A DNA stretch of 64,000 nucleotides, taken from positions 28,236 through 92,235 of IMG/VR virus record IMGVR_UViG_3300043410_000565; one strand, written 5' to 3'. This DNA is from a virus. Taxonomy: Duplodnaviria; Heunggongvirae; Uroviricota; Caudoviricetes. Below, piece after piece: positions 17,382 to 25,721 of this stretch. The position numbers were made by a program, and so were the translations under genes. Below the pieces are notes generated by a model. It saw nothing but the letters and a program-made list of their open reading frames with translations, was not told the origin of the DNA and searched no databases. How positions within the stretch are numbered: the first letter of the stretch is position 1; the number at the start of each line of letters is the position of its first letter.

Positions 17382-18143
17382 ATGGCGACAAAGACCAGAG
17401 CAAAACTTCTAGATAATGATTTAAGTGACAAACCAAAAGAGGTTAAAGTAAATAACTCTTTGAAAATTAGGATCGATGATTTAAAAACTTTTGATCCATT
17501 AACTGCGCATCAAAAAGACTTTTATGACGCTTACAAGCGACAAGATTATTTTATTGCATTACACGGTGTAGCAGGTACAGGTAAAACTTTCATCGCTTTG
17601 TATAAAGCATTGGAAGAAGTATTAGATAAAAGCAATCCGTTCAATAAGATTATTATCGTTCGTTCGGCAGTACCATCTCGTGAAGTTGGTCACCTTCCTG
17701 GGGATTTAAATGAAAAAACAGAAATCTACAGACAACCTTACCAGCAAATCTGTACCACTCTCTTTGGAAGACCTGATGCCTACCAACGGTTGGAAGAGCA
17801 ACACCACATTGAATTTATTTCTACATCGTTCATCCGTGGGATGTCCTTCGACGATGCTATCATCATCGTTGACGAAATGCAAAACCTAACATACGAAGAA
17901 ATCGACACAGTTATGACTCGTGTTGGTTATCGTTCTAAAATTATCTGGTGTGGTGATTATCGCCAAACCGACTTGAATAAGAAAAAGAATGACATGTCTG
18001 GTATTCTTAAGTTCTTTGAAATTGCTCAACACATGAGAGCTTTCACTAGAATTGAGTTCACACCTGATGACATTGTTCGTTCATCACTAGTGAAAGATTA
18101 TATCCTCGCCAAACTACGATATGAGGATTATGTAGAGAAATAA
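17382..18143 (+). CDS. phoH: PhoH-like ATPase
   Basis: GVAGTGKTF, GHLPGDLNEK, SFIRGMSFDDAIIIVDEMQN, GDYRQTDL. Confidence 0.92.
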   Translation: MATKTRAKLLDNDLSDKPKEVKVNNSLKIRIDDLKTFDPLTAHQKDFYDAYKRQDYFIALHGVAGTGKTFIALYKALEEVLDKSNPFNKIIIVRSAVPSREVGHLPGDLNEKTEIYRQPYQQICTTLFGRPDAYQRLEEQHHIEFISTSFIRGMSFDDAIIIVDEMQNLTYEEIDTVMTRVGYRSKIIWCGDYRQTDLNKKKNDMSGILKFFEIAQHMRAFTRIEFTPDDIVRSSLVKDYILAKLRYEDYVEK

Positions 18144-18796
18144 TGAAAACATTTATACATCATGATTTTGCGAAGTTAGAAAGGGATACAGCTGCTGACG
18201 GTCGTCGAGTTTATAAGACGCCAGAAGGTAAGCTGTATCCTTCAGTCACTTCTATCACAGGTGTTAATAGCACCTTCAACAAGAGTGCGTGGATTCAGCG
18301 TGTTGGCGTTGACGAAGCCAACCGTATTACTCAGCGAGCACTTGACCGTGGCACTCGCATCCATTCTCTCTGTGAAAACTTCTTACTTGGTAATGAAGTA
18401 AAGATTGATATGTTTGATCAAGACATGTGGAGCACTATGCTACCTTTGTTGAACAAGATCGACAATATTCATTGCCTTGAAACTCCACTGTATTCTGACT
18501 TTCTACAAGCAGCTGGTACAGTTGACTGTATTGCGGAGTATGAAGGTAAGTTATCCGTCATCGACTTTAAGACTTCATCTAGGGTTAAAGAGCGTGATGA
18601 TATTCACAACTACTTCGAGCAGACTGCAGCTTATGCCGTTATGTTTGAAGAACGAACAGGTATTCCAATCGGTCGTTTAATTATCTTGATGGTGATTGAC
18701 GATGATGCACCAAGAGTGTTTATTGAGAAACGTGATGGTTGGATTGCAGGATTCCGTAAGTCACGTATGGATTATCGTCAAAAGTATAATATATAG
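18143..18796 (+). CDS. PD-(D/E)XK (Cas4-like) exonuclease
   Basis: YPSVTSI, RGTRIH, AGTVDCIAEY, IDFKTS, QTAAYA. Confidence 0.88.
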   Translation: MKTFIHHDFAKLERDTAADGRRVYKTPEGKLYPSVTSITGVNSTFNKSAWIQRVGVDEANRITQRALDRGTRIHSLCENFLLGNEVKIDMFDQDMWSTMLPLLNKIDNIHCLETPLYSDFLQAAGTVDCIAEYEGKLSVIDFKTSSRVKERDDIHNYFEQTAAYAVMFEERTGIPIGRLIILMVIDDDAPRVFIEKRDGWIAGFRKSRMDYRQKYNI

Positions 18797-18800
18797 AATA

Positions 18801-19113
18801 TTGCTGTAATCCCTTCAAAGCGAAGGACTTCTGGACGGGGGTTCGACTCCCCCCATCTCCACCAAAAGAGAATTGACACGGTGTACAACGTGCATCACTG
18901 AGTAATCAAATGGTTCAGACGTAGAGCTGAAATTCAGTTTTCTTTTGATGGGGATGCCATGGTTTCGACAGGGGTAGATAGTAGCGACGGCAGCACGACA
19001 GGAGTAGTCGTTAAAAGCAAATCAAAGTAAATGCAAACGATGAAGTTTTCGCATTGGCAGCCTAAACGCTGACTAGGGTTTCGATGGGTTTCCTCGTAAC
19101 AGAATAACCCATC
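18801..19113 (+). ncRNA. ssrA: circularly permuted two-piece tmRNA, tag ANDEVFALAA
   Basis: acceptor piece with T-arm GGGGG-TTCGACT-CCCCC and CATCTCC-ACCA end (18864) comes before the coding piece starting GGGGATG (18950). The 7-bp acceptor stem has G3:U70 and A73. Tag ORF GCAAACGATGAAGTTTTCGCATTGGCAGCCTAA at 19033-19065. The outer ends are approximate. Confidence 0.93.
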
Positions 19114-19130
19114 ACTAATTCGGAGATATT

Positions 19131-19634
19131 ATGATTGGTGTTGTATTAGGTAATGGTCCGAGTCGTGAACATTACGACAGAAAAGGTGATATTGTTCTTG
19201 GATGTAATATTCCCAATGAAGAACATAGCGTAGATGCCACTGTTATTTGCGATGAAGAGATTGCGTGGATTATTAAAAATGACTTGACTTTAATTCAGGT
19301 TCCAGTTATAATATCTACTAAGGTGTTTGAAAAGTTTAAGGAATTCCGTATCGAGGATCAATTCATAATCTTGGATGTTTTCAAACCCAAAGACTGGTAC
19401 AATGCTGCCCACTATGCAGCCGAGTATCTAATTAAGAATACTGAGTGCGACGAGATTCATTTGTGGGGGTGTGATTCTATTTTTGAGAATACAGTTTCCT
19501 CTACAACTGGTAAACTAATCCAACAAACAACAATTGGCGATACTAGGTTTATCAAGAATTGGCGTAGAGTTTGGAATGAGATTCATATCGACAACCCCGA
19601 TGTGCATTTCGTAGCTATGAGAATGCCTAAATAA
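19131..19634 (+). CDS. hypothetical protein, possibly a Rossmann-like glycosyltransferase/MptE-like fold
   Basis: VVLGNGPSR, GCN, AAHYAAEYL, IHLWGCDS; GGAG RBS; the function is a guess. Confidence 0.55.
   Translation: MIGVVLGNGPSREHYDRKGDIVLGCNIPNEEHSVDATVICDEEIAWIIKNDLTLIQVPVIISTKVFEKFKEFRIEDQFIILDVFKPKDWYNAAHYAAEYLIKNTECDEIHLWGCDSIFENTVSSTTGKLIQQTTIGDTRFIKNWRRVWNEIHIDNPDVHFVAMRMPK
19284..19312 (+). promoter_or_regulatory. cassette-type promoter inside a CDS
   Basis: TTGACT-TTAATTCAGGTTCCAGT (17)-TATAAT. Confidence 0.65.
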
Positions 19635-19697
19635 TATACCAGCTTGACGGTTGCTGGCACACACTGAAACCGTTTTTACACACACAAGGAGTTAGTT

Positions 19698-19976
19698 ATG
19701 TCAAATATGACACCGTTCGAAATTCGTCTCGAACTATTAAAAATGGCGAAAGATATGCTTGTTGAAGAATACCACGGTAAGAAAGAACAAGTATCACAAG
19801 ATTGGCACGTTAGAGTTGAAAATGCTCGACACGCTGGTTCTGTTCCACCAGAACATCCTGCTATGCCATCTTATCCGACTGAAGCTGATGTTGTCGCAAA
19901 GGCAACTCAATTAAACGGCTTCGTCTCACAAATCCCACAAGCTACATTAGAAAAGGCAAGCAAAAAGTCCACCTGA
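19698..19976 (+). CDS. conserved hypothetical phage protein
   Basis: MSNMTPFEIRLELLKMAKDML; AAGGAG RBS. Confidence 0.85.
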   Translation: MSNMTPFEIRLELLKMAKDMLVEEYHGKKEQVSQDWHVRVENARHAGSVPPEHPAMPSYPTEADVVAKATQLNGFVSQIPQATLEKASKKST

Positions 19977-19985
19977 TAGGGATTG

Positions 19986-20008
19986 GGATGTGCATCCGCA
20001 CATCCTTT
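19986..20008 (+). terminator. intrinsic terminator-like hairpin
   Basis: GGATGTGC-ATCC-GCACATCC-TTT. Confidence 0.65.
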
Positions 20009-20028
20009 AACTTACAAAGGAGATAATT

Positions 20029-20547
20029 ATGCGTAAAGCAAAATTAATACTACTTGGTTCATTCATTGCAATCTGCTCCATCATTGGGTTAGGTTCTACG
20101 ATTGAACAAAACAAAATAATGGAGATTGCTTATAGCGATCTAACAAAAGATGCCAAAAAGCAAGTAGACTGCTTGGCTGAAAATATCTACCACGAAGCTG
20201 GTTATGAATCTGAAACGGGTAAACAAGCTGTTGCTCTGGTTACTCTAAACAGAACCCAAGATGAACGTTTTCCTTCGCAAATTTGCGAGGTAGTAAAACA
20301 AAAGACACAAGGTACATGTCAGTTCAGCTGGTTCTGTATGCCTGTTAAATTAAACAGGAACACTGATGCGTATAAACAGTCACTAGAAGTTGCGCTGTTT
20401 GTATATGCTAACTATGAGAAGTTAAAAGATGTCACACATGGTGCTCTTTACTATCATGCCGACTACGTCAACCCTCGTTGGCGCAATGTTGAAAAGACAA
20501 CCGTTATTGGTCGTCACATTTTTTATAAGGAAAAACTGAAATTATGA
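20029..20547 (+). CDS. cell wall hydrolase, SleB/Hydrolase_2 family
   Basis: CLAENIYHEA, AVALVTLNR, CQFSW, GALYYHADYVNPRW, IGRHIFY; N-terminal hydrophobic anchor. Confidence 0.9.
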   Translation: MRKAKLILLGSFIAICSIIGLGSTIEQNKIMEIAYSDLTKDAKKQVDCLAENIYHEAGYESETGKQAVALVTLNRTQDERFPSQICEVVKQKTQGTCQFSWFCMPVKLNRNTDAYKQSLEVALFVYANYEKLKDVTHGALYYHADYVNPRWRNVEKTTVIGRHIFYKEKLKL

Positions 20548-21104
20548 TGAATAAATTAAATCTACAATTAACTGATGGTGGTGATTCGAAGCATTCGTTT
20601 TTCCTCATGATGGAAGAAGTTAGCCTCCCGACTGTTAAGTCTGCAGTTGAATGGATTCTTGAAGCTAACTTTACCGAAGAACGACCAGAGATGCTTAACC
20701 TCATCATCACTTCTCCAGGAGGTGACTTGAATGCAGCGTTTGCATTGATTGACGTTATGCGTGGATCAGCTATTCCAGTTCGTACCATTGGGCTTGGACA
20801 AATCGCTTCTGCTGGTCTAATGATTTTCATTGCTGGTGAAAAGGGACAACGTATCTTGACGCCAAATACTTCAATTCTATCTCACCAATATTCATGGGGT
20901 GCTATTGGTAAAGAGCATGAATTGTTTGCTCAAATTAAAGAGTTTGACCTCACTACTAAAAAGGTTATTGACCACTACAAGAAATGTACTGGTCTTGCGG
21001 ATAAGAAGATTCGCGAAGTTCTATTACCACCACAAGACGTTTGGTTATCCCCAGTTGAAGCCAAAAAACTTGGTTTGTGTGACGATGTTAAGGATCTAAA
21101 ATGA
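20544..21104 (+). CDS. clpP: ClpP-like protease proteolytic subunit
   Basis: ITSPGGD, GQIASAG (Ser), SILSHQ (His), DVWLSPVEAKKLGLCD. Confidence 0.88.
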   Translation: MMNKLNLQLTDGGDSKHSFFLMMEEVSLPTVKSAVEWILEANFTEERPEMLNLIITSPGGDLNAAFALIDVMRGSAIPVRTIGLGQIASAGLMIFIAGEKGQRILTPNTSILSHQYSWGAIGKEHELFAQIKEFDLTTKKVIDHYKKCTGLADKKIREVLLPPQDVWLSPVEAKKLGLCDDVKDLK

Positions 21105-21313
21105 AAACTGATTACATTGCAACCCTAGTCGCTATTACTATTTGCGTCATCTCTGGGATCTCAGCTGCTGTATGGCATCAAGATAAAGAACTAGAAGCCA
21201 TGAAATCTAACATTGAGTCTGCCATTGTAAAAGGTATTGACCCAATTGCTGTGAAATGTGCATACGGGAAGGCTGATTCCGTGTGTATCGTTTATGCTGC
21301 TAATAAAAAATAA
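21101..21313 (+). CDS. small membrane protein
   Basis: N-terminal TM; GIDPIAVKCAY. Confidence 0.7.
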   Translation: MKTDYIATLVAITICVISGISAAVWHQDKELEAMKSNIESAIVKGIDPIAVKCAYGKADSVCIVYAANKK

Positions 21314-21314
21314 C

Positions 21315-21343
21315 TTGACTTACAAACAAATTTGAGGTATAAT
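21315..21343 (+). promoter_or_regulatory. sigma70-type promoter, leaderless geometry
   Basis: TTGACT-17-TATAAT-6 nt-ATG 21350. Confidence 0.8.
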
Positions 21344-21349
21344 TATAGT

Positions 21350-21568
21350 ATGAAAACAAAAAGTGAACTTCTAACGGAACGCGAAACCCTTTATATTGAG
21401 AAGATGAAACTTGATAGATTCTTCTCTTTATTTTTGGATAAGTTTGGAGACTCGATGGATCCCAAGTCTCCAAACACAAAGGTTTGGACATTATACAAAA
21501 CCAAACTTAACGACTATGAAAAGGTTTCGCAGTCTATTAAACGATTAGATTATTGGATTTCAAAATAA
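21350..21568 (+). CDS. hypothetical protein
   Basis: KLDRFFSLFLDKF...WTLYK; start at the predicted +1. Confidence 0.75.
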   Translation: MKTKSELLTERETLYIEKMKLDRFFSLFLDKFGDSMDPKSPNTKVWTLYKTKLNDYEKVSQSIKRLDYWISK

Positions 21569-21783
21569 TGTTTAAAACCTCAAATGAATTCTCGTTGTTT
21601 ATTGAACAACAAGCAAAAGCAAACCGTATGACTCATATGGATGCAGTTCTGGAATATTGTAGAGTGAACTTTCTAGAACCTGAAGATGTTGCTAAGTTAA
21701 TCAACAAATCACTCAAAGACAAAATTGAAATGGATTTTCGGGATGTTAATATGCTCCCGAAGCAAGCACAGTTAGATATTTAA
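21568..21783 (+). CDS. 33: late promoter transcription coactivator gp33
   Basis: FSLFIE...MDAVLEYC...KLINKSLKDKIE; position before 59 and 32. Confidence 0.85.
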   Translation: MFKTSNEFSLFIEQQAKANRMTHMDAVLEYCRVNFLEPEDVAKLINKSLKDKIEMDFRDVNMLPKQAQLDI

Positions 21784-21784
21784 A

Positions 21785-22396
21785 ATGGATGGTTTTAAAG
21801 CATACAAGTATTACATGGCTGTAAAACTACACTTTACATCTAAGAAGTATAATGTGTTTGAAACTCGTGGTCATGTTAAAGGTACTCGCGATACATTCAA
21901 CTCGCGAAACGACAGATATATTTTTGAGAAATTGGCTCAGAAGTATCCATCCGATAAGGATATGATTCAGTTCTGTGTTTCCAACTTTGCATATGGTAAC
22001 GATACCGCAATTTATGGAAACGGTGAAGCTGATGAGTTATACTCAGAATGGCAGAAAAGAAAACAATCAATCAGTAAGATTTTTGTGGACGATTTAACAA
22101 ACATCATGAATATGTGCGATGTTCACAAATTCAACACTGATGGGATTTTCAAAGTTGTAGATGGAGATCTACCAGTATTGACTTCCATGTTTCTTTCAGG
22201 TAAAATATCTATTGAGACATTAAGAATAATTGATGACATTGACCCATTCTTAGATAAGTGGGAAAATGATTCAACAATTAAGATCGTTTTAGGTGACAAA
22301 CTTCTTCGTGTTGAGAAACTTAAAGGTTTCGTAAAATACGATAAAGAAAAACTCACTAAAATTTTCAATCACTTTAAACAAGAACTTTCTTTATAA
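21785..22396 (+). CDS. 59: helicase loader gp59
   Basis: YKYYMAVKLHFTSKKYN...FNSRNDRYIFEKLA; ISIETL. Confidence 0.88.
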   Translation: MDGFKAYKYYMAVKLHFTSKKYNVFETRGHVKGTRDTFNSRNDRYIFEKLAQKYPSDKDMIQFCVSNFAYGNDTAIYGNGEADELYSEWQKRKQSISKIFVDDLTNIMNMCDVHKFNTDGIFKVVDGDLPVLTSMFLSGKISIETLRIIDDIDPFLDKWENDSTIKIVLGDKLLRVEKLKGFVKYDKEKLTKIFNHFKQELSL

Positions 22397-22400
22397 TATC

Positions 22401-22625
22401 ATGGGTAAGACCTACCATAAATCATCTAGTCGTTACGACGAAGAACCCTCAAGCCGTTCAGGGAAACATTCTAAACACTCAAATAATCGTAAAAGTGGTG
22501 GAATGAGAACGCTAAATAGTTACGTTGAAGAAGATATTAACTTTAACGACGAAGACCTCTTTGATGATGACTTCGGAGTTGAAGATGAGATTCAGATTCA
22601 GCATATACAAAACAATAAACCGTAA
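22401..22625 (+). CDS. small basic/acidic hypothetical protein
   Basis: MGKTYHK; ORF track. Confidence 0.7.
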   Translation: MGKTYHKSSSRYDEEPSSRSGKHSKHSNNRKSGGMRTLNSYVEEDINFNDEDLFDDDFGVEDEIQIQHIQNNKP

Positions 22626-22651
22626 TACAATTACATACAAAGGAAAATACA

Positions 22652-23572
22652 ATGGATATTCAATCTCTACGCAAAATGCGCAATAACGACTTCGGTAGCA
22701 TTTCTAATGCTTTTGAGAAGATCGCAAACCCTCAATCAGAAACTAAGTCATACGCTGACGACCGCTTCTGGAAACTTGAAGGTGACAAAGCAGGCAACGG
22801 CACTGCTACTATTCGATTCCTACCAAAGACAGATGCAGATGAACTCCCATGGGTTCGTATCTTCAGCCATGGTTTCCAAGGACCAACTGGTAAATGGTAT
22901 ATCGAAAACTCCCTTACCACTCTCGGCGAACAAGACCCTGTTAGCGAACTCAATACCACTTTGTGGAACTCTGGAGTTGAAGCTAACAAGAAGATCGCGC
23001 AAAACCAAAAGCGTCGTCTGTCTTACATCGCAAACGTTCTAGTTGTTTCTGATCCGAAGCATCCAGAGAACGAAGGTAAGGTATTCTTGTTCAAGTTCGG
23101 TAAGAAGATCTTTGATAAAATCATGGATAAGGCTCGCCCAACTTTTGAAGACGAGAAGCCAGTCAACGTGTTTGACTTTGATCAAGGTGCTAACTTCAAA
23201 CTGCGCATGCGCAAGAAAGACGGCTTCACTAACTATGATGAGTCTGTTTTCAGCGACCCATCTTCAATTGGTGATGACGATGAAATCTTGCGTGTATTGA
23301 ATGCACGCTATGAACTTGCTGAGTTCACTAATCGTAAGAACTTCAAGTCTTATGATGAATTGAAGCGTAAGTTGGATGAGGTTCTTTCTGGTAATGGCTT
23401 CAACGCCAAGTCTGCAGCTGAAATGTCTGCTGATGAGCCAGCTTCTATGGCTGCACCAGAACCAGCGAAAGCTGCACCAGCGTTTACTCCAAAGGCATCT
23501 GCTAAACCAGCAATGGATGAAGATGATGAAGACGTAATGTCTTACTTTGAGAAGATCGCTAAAGAAGACTAA
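22652..23572 (+). CDS. 32: single-stranded DNA-binding protein gp32
   Basis: DDRFWK, GNGTATIRFLP, HGFQGPTGKWYIENSLTT, FKFGKKIFDKI, acidic C-terminal tail. Confidence 0.95.
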   Translation: MDIQSLRKMRNNDFGSISNAFEKIANPQSETKSYADDRFWKLEGDKAGNGTATIRFLPKTDADELPWVRIFSHGFQGPTGKWYIENSLTTLGEQDPVSELNTTLWNSGVEANKKIAQNQKRRLSYIANVLVVSDPKHPENEGKVFLFKFGKKIFDKIMDKARPTFEDEKPVNVFDFDQGANFKLRMRKKDGFTNYDESVFSDPSSIGDDDEILRVLNARYELAEFTNRKNFKSYDELKRKLDEVLSGNGFNAKSAAEMSADEPASMAAPEPAKAAPAFTPKASAKPAMDEDDEDVMSYFEKIAKED

Positions 23573-23589
23573 TAAGTCTTAGGCAAAAT

Positions 23590-23615
23590 AAAAGGGAGCG
23601 TTAAGCTCCCTTTTT
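23590..23615. terminator. bidirectional intrinsic terminator
   Basis: AAAAGGGAGC-GTTAA-GCTCCCTTTTT between convergent genes. Confidence 0.85.
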
Positions 23616-23619
23616 CATT

Positions 23620-25533
23620 TTAGTATCTAGTGGCGAGATACTTAGAGAAACTAGATTCACTATTTCTAGCCTGTTGTTTAATAACGTTGGTTTGGTTATT
23701 GCTAGTTTGAATAGAAGTCTTAGGTGCATTAACAATATTGCTACCACCTTGAGTCTTAGCGTCAGCGTCAGCATTACCCTTTGATGCGCTATACACAGAA
23801 GCACCAGCCACCTGCATTGCTCCACCAGCAGCGGCAAACTTAGTTGCTTGTTCCCAAGGGAAGTCCTTCAAAGAAGCCATCGACTTTGGATCAACCTTAG
23901 AGAACCCAGCCATTGCGCCAGACATTCTCTCCATACCATCAGCTGCATCCTTAACACCTGAACCAGCATTACCAATTTTGATCAATTGATCAACTGGAGA
24001 ACCACCAGGAGTTACAGCGCCCAAGAAGCCACCAACTAGGTTTCCAAGACCACCAAGGGCTTGTCCAGCACCGAAAGCAGCGATAGCAGCACCTAAAGCA
24101 GCTACACCACCAGCGACTGCTAATAAGTTACCACCATCAATGGCAGCTAGTCTTTCCAAACCATCAGTGAAGTTCTTTAACCCATCACCCATGGCGTTCA
24201 TTGCTTCACCAATAACCCAAACAGAAGCACCTAAACCTGCTAAAGCAAGAGCACCAAGACCAAGCATTGGAGCAATGGAACCTGCCAATGCGCCAGCACC
24301 AATTAAAGCAGCAAGAGTGATACCAGCTTTAGCAAGCGTATCCCAATCGAGGTTTGAGAAATTATCTAGTGCCTTACCTAAACCCCAAACGACGCCAGTT
24401 AGTAATGCCATAACAGCGATACCTGCAACTGTCTTAGCTGAAGCAAAGGTCTTAATACCATCGGATAGACCACCAAGAATACCAGCGAAGATAGCACCAA
24501 TGCCTTGACCGATACCTTTACCAACTGCAGCCACACCTTGACCAAGTGAACTCATGGAATCGGAAAGACCAGATACAATACTACTTCCACCGCTTCTAGG
24601 TCTAGCAGATTTACCAGAATCTTCACCACCGCCAGCAGAAGAACCACCAACTTGAATCAATGATGAAGTGTTAGTCGCGATCTGTTGTAGTAAGTCAGTT
24701 TGCATACCAGTCAAACGAAGCATTTCTACTTGGTTTTCGTGAGCTGCTTGTTGTTCTGCCGCTAGGTCAGTTGTAGATTGCGAAACTTGACCTTTGTCTG
24801 AAGGTAATTGCGTCAACCCAGCGCTCTTATATGAAACGTTGCCACCCATAGAGTTTTTAGCATCTCTATCGGATGGGTTAACTTGATTCATTCGGTTATA
24901 GTTGTTCAGTGCAGCATTACGATTCTTCATCGCTGCGCTGTTGGCGATCTGGTCGTCAGTTGCCCCTAATTTCTTCAGACGGTCAACACCTTCCTGGGAT
25001 CTTAGTGCGCTTTCTTTATAACCACGCTGCTTCTGTGAGTCGGCTTTTAATTCTTTATCCGTTTTGGTAGAACCAAGAGCTTTCATTCTCTTAGTATAGT
25101 CAAGGTCTTCCATTTTATTACGGACGCCCTTGAACATACTAAATGGTCCAAGCATTGCTTTCTTGATAGTATTTGGGTCAAGCGCATCAGCTAAGTTGCG
25201 CTTCATGTCCTTAAACTTATCCCCTACAGACTTCCAGTCTTTGTTACCTTTTTGTAAGGCTTCAATCTGTTTATTCTGACTATCGCTGATTTTCTTTAAA
25301 AAGGCTGTTGAGTCTTTTTGTAATTCAAGTTGAGCTTGTTGAATCTTAATAGACATTAAGACTCTAGAGTCATTCTGATTAGATCTGTTATCATCAGAAC
25401 CAGCAGCCTGAATTTGTTGAAGGGCTTGGGACTGTTGATCTAAAACAGCCGAGATTTGACCAAGGGCATTATTGGCTTTACCCATGCCTCTTGCTATGGT
25501 TTTAATTGGTCCCTTACCACCTCTTTTTGGCAT
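23620..25533 (-). CDS. tape measure / baseplate hub protein (gp29-like)
   Basis: Ala/Gly-rich helical sequence with hydrophobic repeats; follows 26 and 51. Confidence 0.7.
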   Translation of the reverse strand: MPKRGGKGPIKTIARGMGKANNALGQISAVLDQQSQALQQIQAAGSDDNRSNQNDSRVLMSIKIQQAQLELQKDSTAFLKKISDSQNKQIEALQKGNKDWKSVGDKFKDMKRNLADALDPNTIKKAMLGPFSMFKGVRNKMEDLDYTKRMKALGSTKTDKELKADSQKQRGYKESALRSQEGVDRLKKLGATDDQIANSAAMKNRNAALNNYNRMNQVNPSDRDAKNSMGGNVSYKSAGLTQLPSDKGQVSQSTTDLAAEQQAAHENQVEMLRLTGMQTDLLQQIATNTSSLIQVGGSSAGGGEDSGKSARPRSGGSSIVSGLSDSMSSLGQGVAAVGKGIGQGIGAIFAGILGGLSDGIKTFASAKTVAGIAVMALLTGVVWGLGKALDNFSNLDWDTLAKAGITLAALIGAGALAGSIAPMLGLGALALAGLGASVWVIGEAMNAMGDGLKNFTDGLERLAAIDGGNLLAVAGGVAALGAAIAAFGAGQALGGLGNLVGGFLGAVTPGGSPVDQLIKIGNAGSGVKDAADGMERMSGAMAGFSKVDPKSMASLKDFPWEQATKFAAAGGAMQVAGASVYSASKGNADADAKTQGGSNIVNAPKTSIQTSNNQTNVIKQQARNSESSFSKYLATRY

Positions 25534-25535
25534 TC

Positions 25536-25721
25536 TTATATCCTCTTCTTGGATTCAATCCGTTGTTTTTCTTCGTCAAGGTACTGAACTAGCATATGCA
25601 CATAAAGCTCTCGTTCAAATGGCAGCATATCTTCCAATTCTGCTAACGAATATTTATGATATTGCATAAGCGCAAAGTTCATACGATAATAGTTTTGCAG
25701 AGATTCATGCCCGAGAGCCAT
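25536..25721 (-). CDS. 51: baseplate hub assembly protein gp51-like
   Basis: YYRMNFALMQYHKYSLAELEDMLPFERELYV. Confidence 0.85.
   Translation of the reverse strand: MALGHESLQNYYRMNFALMQYHKYSLAELEDMLPFERELYVHMLVQYLDEEKQRIESKKRI

Noticed and set aside
18143-18796. Cas4 as evidence of a CRISPR system
   Set aside because: A standalone PD-(D/E)XK nuclease is common in T4-like phages; no array or other cas genes
18831-18864. tRNA-like T-arm and CCA end
   Set aside because: No upstream D or anticodon arm; it pairs with a downstream 5' end and tag ORF, so it is the tmRNA acceptor piece, not a tRNA
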